This document shows positions 1-11,219 of a stretch of 64,000 nucleotides of DNA, piece after piece. The stretch is from assembly GCA_010093815.1 (NCBI GenBank), contig ML996584.1; one strand, given 5' to 3'. Source of the stretch: Pseudovirgaria hyperparasitica. Its lineage: Eukaryota. The position numbers and the translations under genes are program-made. The notes below the pieces were generated by a model. It was not told the origin of the DNA. It did not search any database and saw only the letters and a program-made list of their open reading frames with translations. Each line of letters begins with the position of its first letter. Positions within the stretch are counted from its first letter, which is position 1.

Positions 1-918
1 CTGAGAGACGACGGCGAGATTGTTCGCTTCATATACGGCTAAGCTGGCTACCGCAGCAGAGGCTGCCGTTCCATTGATTAGACCGAGCCCTTCCTTTGGA
101 CCTAGGATGACTGGTTCCAGGTTCAATCTTCGGAGAGCATCGTCTGCGGAGGTAGTCAGACCACCATATGCACTCCCCATCCGGACATGAGTATCTGGAC
201 AACCCATGATGGCGCTGGCAACGTAGGACATAGGCATTAGATCCCCAGATGCCGATACAGACCCACGGAGGGGAACAAGCGGCGTGCAATCGTTCTGGAT
301 CAGCTGGATCACCCTTTCGGCGACCGGCATGGACACTGCTGAATGGCCTCTGATGTTCGTATTTGCACGAATGAGCATAGCTGCCTTCATCCAGACACTA
401 GGCATTACATTGCTACCATATTCATCATGGATTTTGCCAGCGATATCTGACTCGGTTACGACTGCCGAAGTTGTGTGCTGAATCAGGGCTCGCTGTAAGG
501 CAAGAAGGTCTGTCGTTCGAACATCAGCTGATCCCCCGAAGCCGGTGTTTACACCTATGTTCCCAGTCAGCCGATCTAGCCTTTAGGTTGGAGACAAGAA
601 TGTACCATAAAGATAAGCACCATCAGAGAGATATGACATCAGCGTTTCAACGCTTTCGTTCACCTGGGCCAGCACATCGGGCCGTTTATCGATGGTAGGC
701 GTACAACGATGTCGTGAAACTGCCACTACACTGGCAATGTCCAAAGAACGACCATCAATGCTAAGCTCTCCCTGAGCAATGAGCTGCTGTAACTTCGTCT
801 AAGCTCTTTTTGTTTGCTCTGCGTGTGGTCGAGGCCGCGCAAACGAGTCTAGTATAGGCATCTGTGACTTCTGGATGTCTATATCTGGCACGCCTTCAAC
901 GCCTTCAGCAGTCACCAT
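1..918 (-). CDS. Aromatic amino-acid ammonia-lyase (PAL/TAL, MIO family), 5' part only; possible pseudogene because of an in-frame TAG at 799-801
   Basis: Manual translation of the minus strand. ATG at 918; exon 918-606; GT..AG intron 605-555; exon 554-1 runs open to the window edge. Motifs: DGRSLDIASVVAVSR, YGVNTGFGGSADVRT, RANTNIRGHSAV, VPLRGSVSASGDLMPMSY (MIO tripeptide ASG at 244-252), LGPKEGLGLINGTA. Confidence 0.92.
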
Positions 919-1239
919 GGCGAGGTTTATTTTGCGAGAGCAGAGTGTGTCTTGCCGTCTGGTAGATGGGAGATGAGTCGAGTCTGCAGTTCTCGGGGTG
1001 CAGCCAGATTACTTAACATATCACCAGTCGCCCATTTCCTCACATCCATGTTAATTCAATAGGGTGATGAGCGGTGGCACCATGTGTTCCTCCGAAACTG
1101 TTGAGGATACGTACATATTGCACTAGGTGCTTGCCCAACGTCCACAACTATTCAGCTCGTCAGGCGGATGTGAGCACATTATCCTTGTTGAAAGGTTGAC
1201 AGTAGAGTAGCACTAAGACTGGGACTTCATGGTCAAGGG

Positions 1240-2160
1240 CATCTATCGCAATTTAGGCTGTTGATTCGATGAGGTTCTAGCACGGGGAGGGCTGCGAAAG
1301 GAACGACGAAGAAGTACTAAGTACACCTCCATGTTTATGGAGGACGACCGGTAGGGATCAAGAAGGTTTCGTCACGCGCTAAAGCAGGCTGTACTTCATA
1401 TAGCCTCATACTATAGTATTCGATGTAATACTTATCCAAATAAGGGATGCTCTCCCTAATAGGTTATTCCGTATGCTCTTAGCCGAGTTGCTCCGCTCGT
1501 GCTAGGGAGTTCAGGGTAGAGATGATATATATACTAATGTTTATGAGATTCTCAAGATTCTCTACTCTAGGGCCTAGATTCGAAGTCATTTTGATTTCAG
1601 TCATGTTAGTAGACTGAGCGTCAGAAAAGCCTCTCAACCGACAGAGTTATGACAAAGAGTTATATATCATGCGTATCAGGATATGTATAGAAAACTAACT
1701 CTAAATTACAGTTATAGCCGAAATAAGGATGAGGTATATAAGACGGATCGATTTCGGCGAAATAGGTGCCCCTTCCATGGATCTATAGACCCTCTTTTGT
1801 ACCTAGTTATCTCCTGTTGTTATAGTATACTCTTCATACTTCTCTGTTTTCTCGTTCTATACGCCTATTCTTTAGTATATTGACGAGGGACGGATTCTAT
1901 AACATACATATAGTCTTGGCGTGTATATTGGGAAATGGGTTTTACGGACTTAATCTAATAAACCTCTGTAGGACCTATGGATCTACTACTTTGAGACAGG
2001 GCCCTTTAGCGGCGTGCAATGGTGTGTGACGATGCGCAACGATGTGCAACGATGCGTGACGATGCGTGACGATGTGTGATGACGTGTAACGACATACTTT
2101 AACTTCAGAGAGAAGGTCCGTTTAAGCAAGATCATGGGGTCAGTCTAAGTAGATACTGGT
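1240..2160. mobile_element. TpA-rich degenerate region, probable RIP-mutated repeat or transposon relic
   Basis: AT- and TpA-rich compared with the flanking genes (e.g. ctatagtatt, tatagtatac, gatatatatactaat). No meaningful ORF; element family not recognisable; boundaries approximate. Confidence 0.4.
2008..2093 (+). repeat. Degenerate 10-bp tandem repeat (GATGYGTGAC/GATGYGCAAC), about 8 copies
   Basis: gatgcgcaac gatgtgcaac gatgcgtgac gatgcgtgac gatgtgtgat gacgtgtaac, read directly. Confidence 0.8.
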
Positions 2161-2720
2161 AGAGATTCTGTGATGATATGATTAGTCACCAGCTCAACCC
2201 ACGTTTGGTGTTTCGATAGCTTCCTCAACAGTGATAGAACTACTATGCTTCCTCTGGACTTCTACTCAACATTCACACAGGCAGTCAGGAGACCCATGCC
2301 TAATTAATGAACACGCCATGCAGATATCCGAGCACGCTGATACTGTTACCAAGTGTCTTCCTCCCGTCGGGATCTTTGCTGAAATGTCACGACATGTCGC
2401 ATCGAGTCTTAGGACGTTATTCCATCGTACCAACGGCGGAAACATTTCTGCTACTCTCATTGTGCTACGAAACACCAAAAATCGACAAACGCGATGCGTG
2501 ATGTCTATTCGACCGCTGATGGCACGAACGTCCGGTCGGATTATCGCCAATGACCATGATCCAGCGCGATGAACATGCAGCTGTTAGTTTCGTCGCACAA
2601 AGTCAGGTCTATGACGGCTACTCTGTTAAGCTTCTCTTGTCTTCCAGTGGACGATGACGATGTTTAGTCTCTCTCCAAGTCTGGGAGAATCTTCGAATCG
2701 AGTTCGCTTTCGGGAGAAGG

Positions 2721-4683
2721 ATGTCTTGGGCAATGGAGATCGAAACGCCAACATATACAGACCTCGTAGTCATAGGAGCAGGTCCTGCGGGACTTATGGC
2801 CGCATGCTGGGCTGCGCGTTACCATGTCAACGTTCGAATTCTCGATGACAAGCCCGAGCGTGTCCTTACTGGACATGCAGATGGCCTGACCTGCCGGACG
2901 CTTGAGATCTTTGACAGCTTCGGTATTGCGCATGAGGTCTGCAGCGAAGCATCCGTTGATGTTCAGATGCGATACTGGGTGGGAATAATTATCGTTTTCT
3001 GGGACGTGCTGCTGATTTTCGCAGAGACCGAATGGAGTAGGTGGTCTGGAGCGATTCCAGTCCCTCATATCACAAAAGCCAGGCGTAAGCCGGTTTCAGC
3101 AGTGTCTGCTGAGTCAGGGGCGGATCGAAGAGCTCCTGGAACGAGTCTGCGCAGAGGGCGGAGTGCTTGTGGAGCGAAACATGGAGACGCTCGAACTGGG
3201 ACCGATTGAGGAAGACGAGAGCTGCAAATATCCGATCGAGGTGAAGATCAGGCGCAAGGTCAATCCAGGCACACCGTCGGAGCAGGAACCAGCCGTCGAT
3301 GCCAACGACTCTATTGATGACCATGGCATAAAAGTAATCAGATGCAAGTATCTTATTGGAGCTGATGGTGCGCATAGCTGGACTCGCCGACAGCTTGGGA
3401 TTGCTGCTACAGGAGCGTCTACAGACGAATGCTGGGGCGTGATTGATTTGGTCCCTCTGACCAACTTTCCAGACATTCGACAGAGCTGCGTTATCAGTTC
3501 GCTCCATGGCAACATTCATGTCGTCCCGCGAGAAAGACAATTGGTACGACTCTATATTCAGCTTGAATCAGCAACGCCGGGTGAGCGCCTAGACAGGAGC
3601 AAGATCACTGCCGAAATGTTGATATCTACCACGAAAAAGATCCTGCATCCGTATACCTTCGAATACGCTTCGATCGATTGGTTTACTGTCTACCAAGTTG
3701 GCCAGAGGATAGCGGACAAATTCAGCGCAGCTGAGAGGGTGTTTCTCGTAGGCGATGCTGTCCATACACACTCACCGAAGATAGGACAAGGGATGAACGT
3801 GAGCCTTCAGGACGCGTACAATCTCTCTTGGAAGATCTGTTCAGTCATCAAAGGCATCCTCAAGTCGAGCTCACTTGCAAGCTACGAGACCGAGAGACGT
3901 CCAGTAGCAGAAGAACTCATTGATGTTGATCGAGAGACAGTCAGTTTCTACTGCTCCAGAGGCGCCATTGACCGTGGTGGACTGCAAGAATTTCGCAATA
4001 AGCACTACCGCTTCCTCAGTGGAGTTGCGGTCGACTACTCTGGGAGTGAGATGATCTCACCAAAGCACGTTTCTCTGCCGAGATTCGATGATGAACCTTC
4101 CACAGAAGCTTGTGAATCATTGGTCGAGGAACGATTTAGTCACATATGTCTTGGACAACGCCTTCCATCATATCGTGTGGTGAAGCATGCGAATGCAGAA
4201 CCTACGTCTGTTGGAAGTCTTTTGAGTTCAAACGGTCGCTGGAAGCTTCTAATCTTTACTGGTGACTTGCGCGTAGAGGCACAAGCAGTCCGGTTCAACA
4301 ACGTCAGCAAAGCAATCTCAGCCACCTCTTGTTCAATCCGTCAACGGTCTGCGCTTGACATGGGATGTCAAGCTAGCGTTGATATCTTCGCGATAATGGC
4401 ATGCCCTCGCGACTCGGTGCCGCTGCTGAGTCTGCCGGAAATCTACCACCCATGGAACGAGAGCACTGGGTGGGAGTATGATACTGTCTACACTGACGAA
4501 CCGGACGTGTATGGAGTGTGCGAGGATGCATATGGCCGATATGGCATCGATCGCACCCGGGGCTGTCTCGTGCTATGCAGGCCGGACCAGCATGTCGCCT
4601 ACTGCGGTGAACTCGAGCACACGGCAGGATTGGAGCTGTTCTGTTCGCGCATTTTCATGGAGACAAGGAGTGAATGTGATTGA
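2721..4683 (+). CDS. FAD-dependent phenol 2-monooxygenase-like aromatic hydroxylase (PheA/TfdB family)
   Basis: Exons 2721-2978 and 3025-4683 join in frame across a GT..AG intron (2979-3024). Motifs: GAGPAG Rossmann, ADGLTCRTLE, GADGAHS, GDAVHTHSPKIGQGMN, and a C-terminal RPDQHVA dimerisation domain. The start could be 2733. Confidence 0.92.
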
Positions 4684-5207
4684 TCCCGTGTAGTGCACTA
4701 GGCGTGGCGTGCCTCTGTGAGTCAGGATTAGTGACAAAGCTTCAAAACCACACTACCTACACTGTTGCCTGCCCGGCCATTGATGCGTCATCCATATATG
4801 TAGCCTATTTGCTTCTTTACAAAGTCACACCAACGGCATTGCGACCTATCAATTTCCCTCAAGCTCGTACAACCGGAAGAAAGCCAGAGGTGCCTGGTGG
4901 CGTTCATATCGCTATATCCGTTGATAGATGCAACCACGACCCCACATGGATGCACACGGATCCTTAACCCGCCACGTCTTTTTTTCCACCAGAACATCAG
5001 AAACGCACTCACTTCATCGACATCGTATCTCACCTTTTCATTCAGTGATTCCGGGTTGGATGTGAATGTGCCAGATGCTACTCGAGCCCATTTTTTACCT
5101 GCCTGACCTCTGCCACCTTTTCTGTAACTCAGGCTGCACCAACTCGACGGCGAATCTCGGTTTTTTAGCAAAGACAACTGCATCGCACCCTCGAGAATAC
5201 AGTCCAT

Positions 5208-6821
5208 ATGGCGACAGATGGCTCGACCGAACGCAGGCCGCTTCTTGAAGCTCAGAGGCCTTCAGCATCATCCACAACCACGGCCTCTGGTGTGGCAGAG
5301 CAAGACGAGCTCAGCGGCGCGCAGTTGTATCTCACACTATTCTTTCCATACCTAGGCCAGCTTCTCCTCGCCATGGACGCAACCATCACGACCACTGTGT
5401 CTGCGACAATCGCTTCAGATTTCTCCTCATTGGCCATTGTCTCATGGCTAGGCTCATCTTACCTCGTGGCCACAGCTGCTACGCAACCTGTCTCTGGGGG
5501 ACTCTCCGACCGCTTTGGACGTCGGAGTAGCCTGATAGTCTCCATCATCGCGTTCGGCGTGGGGAACTTGATGTGTGGGTATGCGGAGTCTACTAGCGTC
5601 ATGGTCGCTGGGCGGGTGGTTGCAGGTGCTGGAGGCGGTGCAATGAGCAGCATTACTCAATTCATCACGAGCGACATTCTTCCACTGAGGAAACGGCCAT
5701 TGTGGCAGGGCATTGGGAATGTCGTCTGGGCCGCCGGAATCGGACTTGGTGGAGTTGTCGGCGGTGCGATCAACGACTGGATCGGATGGCGATGGGCGTT
5801 CCTGGGCCTCACGCCCTTGACGTTGCTGATCCTGCTCGGGTCTATCTTGACTCTTCCGTCCAAGATGGACAAAACACAGGGAGTCAATCTGCATCTCGAC
5901 TATCCTGGAGCCATACTACTCTCAACTTCACTTGTTCTGCTGATACTCGGCCTCAACCTGCTGGAAGGAGGCCAGGCCGACATTGCTCCATTGGCACTTC
6001 TCGGCATAGCGGCAGTCCTTTTGCTCTTCTTCATCGTCTTCGAATTCCAATATGCCACGGAACAGATCATACCAATACAGCTTCTGGGCAATCGCAGCAT
6101 TGCTGGAGTCTGTATGTCCGGCTTCTTCGTCTCTGCGTCAATGTACACGTTACTTTTCTACGTTCCGCTACTGATACAGGTCCGCGGTTTCACAACGAGT
6201 GAAGTGGGCATCCAGTTTCTGGGCGAGGTAGCTGGTGCGTCAATTGGGTCGTTTGCTACTGGAGCGACCATGCGGGCTATTGGAGGCTACGGCCTGCTCA
6301 AACCGCTGGTATACCTTGTCTTTGTCGCAGCTCCCCTCCTCTTTTTCCTCAGTACTCTGGACTGGCCCATCTGGACGACTGTGGTGTCACTGATTGCCAT
6401 GGGTAGTGGTTTCGGGAGTGTTTTGACAGTCATTGTGACGGGCTTGCTGGCGGTCACAGAGCAGCGCATCCAGGCGCCAGTCACGGGAATGCTGTACGCC
6501 TTTCGACAGGCAGGGTCATCCAGTGGTCTTGCGGTTGCAGGCATCCTTTTCAGAGTTCTGGTCACGAAAGAGCTTGGCACTGGCGCGACAGTCGATAACA
6601 TCGGTCGACTGTGTCATCGAAAGGGCGAGCTTGTGCAACATCGACCGGAGATCTGCGTGGCATATGGACGTGCACTGCACTGGACGTTTCTGTATTCCTT
6701 TATCTTGAGTGTGATTGCATTTGTCACTGGTATGATGCTTCGCAACGTGTCTCTGGACCGAGAAGAGACGAAGAATCAGATTGAGAGAGCTCTGCCTACC
6801 GACGGGGATTCAGCACCGTAG
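5208..6821 (+). CDS. MFS drug:H+ antiporter-type transporter (DHA2/Vba-like, about 14 TM)
   Basis: 537-aa ORF with motif A (GGLSDRFGRR), GRVVAGAGGG, GWRWAF and many hydrophobic helices. Confidence 0.92.
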   Translation: MATDGSTERRPLLEAQRPSASSTTTASGVAEQDELSGAQLYLTLFFPYLGQLLLAMDATITTTVSATIASDFSSLAIVSWLGSSYLVATAATQPVSGGLSDRFGRRSSLIVSIIAFGVGNLMCGYAESTSVMVAGRVVAGAGGGAMSSITQFITSDILPLRKRPLWQGIGNVVWAAGIGLGGVVGGAINDWIGWRWAFLGLTPLTLLILLGSILTLPSKMDKTQGVNLHLDYPGAILLSTSLVLLILGLNLLEGGQADIAPLALLGIAAVLLLFFIVFEFQYATEQIIPIQLLGNRSIAGVCMSGFFVSASMYTLLFYVPLLIQVRGFTTSEVGIQFLGEVAGASIGSFATGATMRAIGGYGLLKPLVYLVFVAAPLLFFLSTLDWPIWTTVVSLIAMGSGFGSVLTVIVTGLLAVTEQRIQAPVTGMLYAFRQAGSSSGLAVAGILFRVLVTKELGTGATVDNIGRLCHRKGELVQHRPEICVAYGRALHWTFLYSFILSVIAFVTGMMLRNVSLDREETKNQIERALPTDGDSAP

Positions 6822-7950
6822 CTGGACCGGCAATTAACAAAGGCGCGATATTGCCACCAACTACGAAGCTTGACGGAAGCCTGGAGCCTCACATGCCATC
6901 AAACTTCTGCCAGGGCGGCAAGCAGTTCGTGCGTTGCTCGCTCGAAATATCTGAGGACTAGCTGCGTCTCGACTGAAGATTGCCCATAACAGGTCCTGCA
7001 GAAACCCTCCTGCAGTCCCAAAACCCCAGCCATTCTCCCTATCTGTCTCAACACTCTGCATTCCCGTCGTCTCCAAAGCCAGATCCCACATCCCCCACGT
7101 CGATGATCAGGCCTTTTACCCGAGCGCCTGCTGGATCGGTTCTCTGCGCCGGCCAGATCAAGCCCAAAGCACGAGCCACCTACCTATCGTGGTGATCTCC
7201 CGGGAGCATGGCGGCAGGGTATATCCGCTTTCATGCGTGAGCAGGGACCCATGGTTGATGCCCCTGTATACGGTCTATCATCATGTGCATGCGGGGTACC
7301 TGTGGCATACCGAGCAGGGTTGGGGGATAGTTTGCAGTGTGCGAGGAGGAACACGAGGCATCGGAAGACTTCACATGTTTTAGAGTAATAGTAGCCCGTA
7401 AGAATAATCACAGGACAGACAGGACTGTGCAAGGTGGATGATAATCAGAAATCTCCGCAGTCTCGACACTTTCATACCGCCGCAAGGGAGGAGGGGTGTA
7501 GTGCATGTTCCCCCCAAACCCCCCTGTCCCACCACCGAACATGGGAATATATACTCCAAGCCTTATAGCACGACAATGCGCCCAATGCAGCAATCGCGCT
7601 TCTAGAAGTGCGCTTGTCGTAATTATTTCGAGTTCTTTTCCAGGGGCGGTCGCCGATGGCATAAGATAGATACGCCGTATCGTATCGTATCGTTTCAGGC
7701 ATTCATTCCCATGTGCCGAAACTGCTTCTCCCTCGCCGCAACAAACCTTGCCCCGCGAAAGATATGCATGCAGCTCTTGCCCACCCTGTTTCCTGCTCTA
7801 GAACACACCATGCGCGAAATGCGGAGGCGATTTGCCCTTGCGGAATGTGAGGGGGGTCCGGAAAGGTCCGCCCGCCCCCTTGAACGACATGATTGCCCAT
7901 CGAATCCCACCAGATACATATTCAGAGGTTGGGCCGTGCGCCTCGAGAGG

Positions 7951-8173
7951 GAAGAAGGAGAAGAAGAAGAAGAAGAAGAAGAAGAAGAAGAAGAAGAAGA
8001 AGAAGAAGAAGAAGAAGAAGAAGAAGAAGAAGAAGAAGAAGAAGAAGAAGAAGNNNNNNNNNNNNNNNNNNNNNNNNNAGAAGAAGAAGAAGAAGAAGAA
8101 GAAGAAGAAGAAGAAGAAGAAGAAGAAGAAGAAGAAGAAGAAGAAGAAGAAGAAGAAGAAGAAGAAGAAGAAG
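7951..8173 (+). repeat. (GAA)n microsatellite, interrupted by an assembly gap (N at 8054-8078)
   Basis: Pure GAA run of about 30 units on each side of the gap. Confidence 0.98.
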
Positions 8174-8271
8174 GGCAAAAATCTCACGGTTTCTTGAGCC
8201 AATACGATATCTGTACCTGACTGAACCGGAGAGCGGAACCCCGTGGTGTCAATCATCAACACTGACAAAGT

Positions 8272-10539
8272 ATGGGCCTGGAAACCGCCATGCTCAACAC
8301 GCCGAGCTACACGCTCTTCCTCGATGTCTCGCAGAGCCCAAGCCCAAGCCCGCGCCCGACGAGTCCGATCGCAGCAACAGGAGGAGGAGGAGCGCAGAGC
8401 GTCTCGAGTGCGGTGCTCGTCGCCGCTACTACGCCCACGGCACGCGCGGTCTCGCAGGCATACATAGACGAGTACAACGGCCACCTGGTGTACATCACGT
8501 GCGGCATCTTCATCTTCCTGTGCTCCGTCTTCCTGACGCTGCGATTCACGGCAAGAAGCATGGCGCGGATCCGCTGGGGCCAGGACGACACGTACACGGT
8601 GTGCGCGGCGCTGTGTCTGGCGGCGCAAATCACCGTGTGTCTCGGTACGTGTATATCCCCCCCTGTGCGTAAGGAGAGCATTCGAGATACACATACAGAC
8701 CCTCCGCTGACCACATCCCCCCAACCCAACAGTCTGCACAGCAACAGGCGACATCGGCCACCACGAAGAATACTACCCGCCGCTGGGCATGCACGACACC
8801 GCCCGCCGCAAGTCCTGGACCGTCTTCCTGCTGGCCATCTGCCTGACCTACCTCCCCGCCGTCGCCTTTCCCAAACTCGCCATCCTCGCCACCTACCTGC
8901 GCATCTTCACGGCGCCCGTGTCGCGCGCCCTGTGCTGGGTCGCGGGCGTGCTCGTGGCGCTGAACTGCGTGGGCAGTATGCTGCCTGCCGCCGCACTGTG
9001 CGTGCCCTTTCACAAGGCCTGGCTGCCGCGGCTGCCGGGCCGGTGCATCGATATCAATGCTTGGATGCGCTATAGTACTGTTGTGAATTTGCTGACGGAC
9101 TTGGTCTGCTTGGTTCTGCCGATTCCGGTTATTCTCGGGACGAAGCTGGCTGGGAGGGTTAAGCTGGGGCTTGTGGCTACGTTTCTGGTTGGGAGCATGT
9201 ATGTCCTTTCCGTTTTCCTCACCCCTATTCCATCCTCACCCCCTATCCCCAGCACAACCACCAAACAAAGCAAAGCAAATCCCCCATCTAACACCCCTCT
9301 CACCCAAACAGAGGCACAATAATGGCCACCGTCCGCTTCGTCGGCTTCTTCGCCAACGACTTTGGCACCGACGGCACCTGGCCCGCCGTGCGGCTGATGC
9401 AGCTCTCCGTCATGGAATCCTCCTTCTACCTCATCGCGCTCTGTCTGCTCTCCTTTCGCCCGCTGATGGTGCGGCTCTGGCAGGCGCTTGCGCTGTCGTC
9501 GTCGCGCTGGGGGACGTGGGGGTCGATTGGCGGGGGACAGCAGCAGCGGCGGCGGTCGAATCGTCGTGGGTTGGGGTATGATGGGGATGGGGATGGCGGT
9601 CGTGGTGGGGGTGGGAATGGGAATGGAGATGGGGCGTTGGGCACGATGATGACGGCCACGGCCACGACAACACGCTCGATGAGTCCTGTGTCGCGCAAGG
9701 GGGTGCCGTTGGCGGCCGTGCATGGCCGGCTTGTTGATGTTGCGGCTCCGCATCCTCCGTCTTCTTTTCCTGCTCCGTCTTCTTTCCCTCCTCCGCCGTC
9801 GTTCCCGCATCCCCCTTCTTTCTCACCCTCTGCGCCGCAGTACTGCGCTACATGCAGCGCCGGCCCGTTTCCCCCCCTTTCCTCCCCTTTCTCCCCCTTC
9901 TCCTCTTCCTCTCCTCCCCAGCCCCCTGAAAGTACGGCCAAAACTACGGCTAAAACTACGGCTAAAACTACAGCTAAACACGAGGAGTTCTTGCACGGCG
10001 GTCTATACACGCCTGCGCATCCTTATCCGCCTCCTCCTCCTGTTCGAGCTACGACTAGTCCTGTGCCTACTGGCCCTACTACGGCTACGGCTGCCACGGC
10101 GAGTACGGCTGGAATGCGCTTCCCCAGTCCACCGTGCTCGCCGCCTTCGCCGCCGTCCGTGCTGCGGACGCAGGGGTTTGCGGCTGCTGTGCGGGAGAGG
10201 GAGAGGGACAGGGAAAGGGAGAGGGAGAGGGAGAGGGGCAGGGAAAGGGAGAGCGAGAGAGAAAGGGACAGGGAAAGAAACGATGCATGGAGCAGAGCGG
10301 GCGTGTATCCGGCACCATCTGCACCACCGGCACAATCGCGGGGTGGTTTTGATGGATATAGTGGCGGTGGCTTTGATGGATATAGTAGCGGTGGCGGTAG
10401 ATACAGCTATACAGACGAAGAAAGACGGAGCGTGGGGGTAGGGATCGATGTATTTCCGCCGCCGCCGACGAGGGAGAGGGCGAGGTCGAGGTCGAACATG
10501 AGTACGGCGGCGAGGGTGTGGGGGAGGAGGAGGGTTTGA
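8272..10539 (+). CDS. Pth11-like (fungal rhodopsin-domain) integral membrane protein with a long low-complexity C-tail
   Basis: Three exons (introns about 8645-8731 and 9199-9311). Family-type motifs: LRFTAR..IRWGQDD, PKLAILATYLRIF, CVPFHKAW..LPGRC, NLLTDLVCLVLPIP, TFLVGS, ESSFYLIALCL. Start codon uncertain. Confidence 0.8.
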
Positions 10540-10729
10540 GGGGTTTGGAGGGAGGGGGAGGTAGAGAGGGAGGTGGGTTTTTCTTTGTTAGGGGGGAGGG
10601 ATTGGGAGGGGATTTGGGGAGGGTTGTGGTTGTGATGGGCATGATGTTTGATTGTGACGCTGGACATGACTGTGATGATGGTTATGATGACGACGGTGTT
10701 ATTGCTCGTATATGGCGTGGTCTGTCGTC

Positions 10730-11170
10730 TAGCGTGGCGTGGCGTGGCGTGGTGTGGTCTCGTCTCTCGTCTCTCGTCTCTCGTCTCTCCTCGCTCGTTT
10801 CTCGTCTACTGTCTCTGTCTACTGTCTACTATATACTCCGGACATGTACGCTATGATGGCATGGCATATATACATACATATCCCATCCATCCATCCATCC
10901 ATCCCATCCATCCCATCCCATCCATCCCATCCTTCCATCCATCCCATACTCTATACACAAGCTCCCTCATTCCAGAGCCTCGGGGCACCACCTACCTAAG
11001 AGCCAGGCGGTATGTATTGGTCTGGTCAACGCATGAATACGAATATGCCAAGAATACAGCAAGAACATAACGAAGACGCAAAAGAAGAAGAAGAAGAAGA
11101 AGAAGACATGCCAATACACCGATAGAAGAACACGAACGATACAAAGTAAGCATGCATGCATATATATATA
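10730..11170. repeat. Cluster of simple repeats (GGCGT, CTCGTCT, CCAT/CCCAT, GAA)
   Basis: Visible directly in the sequence. Confidence 0.8.
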
Positions 11171-11219
11171 AATAAAACACACATTTTCAATCAACTCATC
11201 TTCTCTCTTATTCATTCTC

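Noticed and set aside
29..698. Short ORFs listed at the window start
   Set aside because: They are off-frame or antisense shadows of the ammonia-lyase exons.
4788..5207. 139-aa minus-strand ORF between the monooxygenase and the MFS gene
   Set aside because: No motifs; it occupies the MFS promoter and is probably spurious.
7711..8754. Poly-E, poly-K, poly-R and poly-F ORFs
   Set aside because: Translations of the (GAA)n microsatellite and the N gap.
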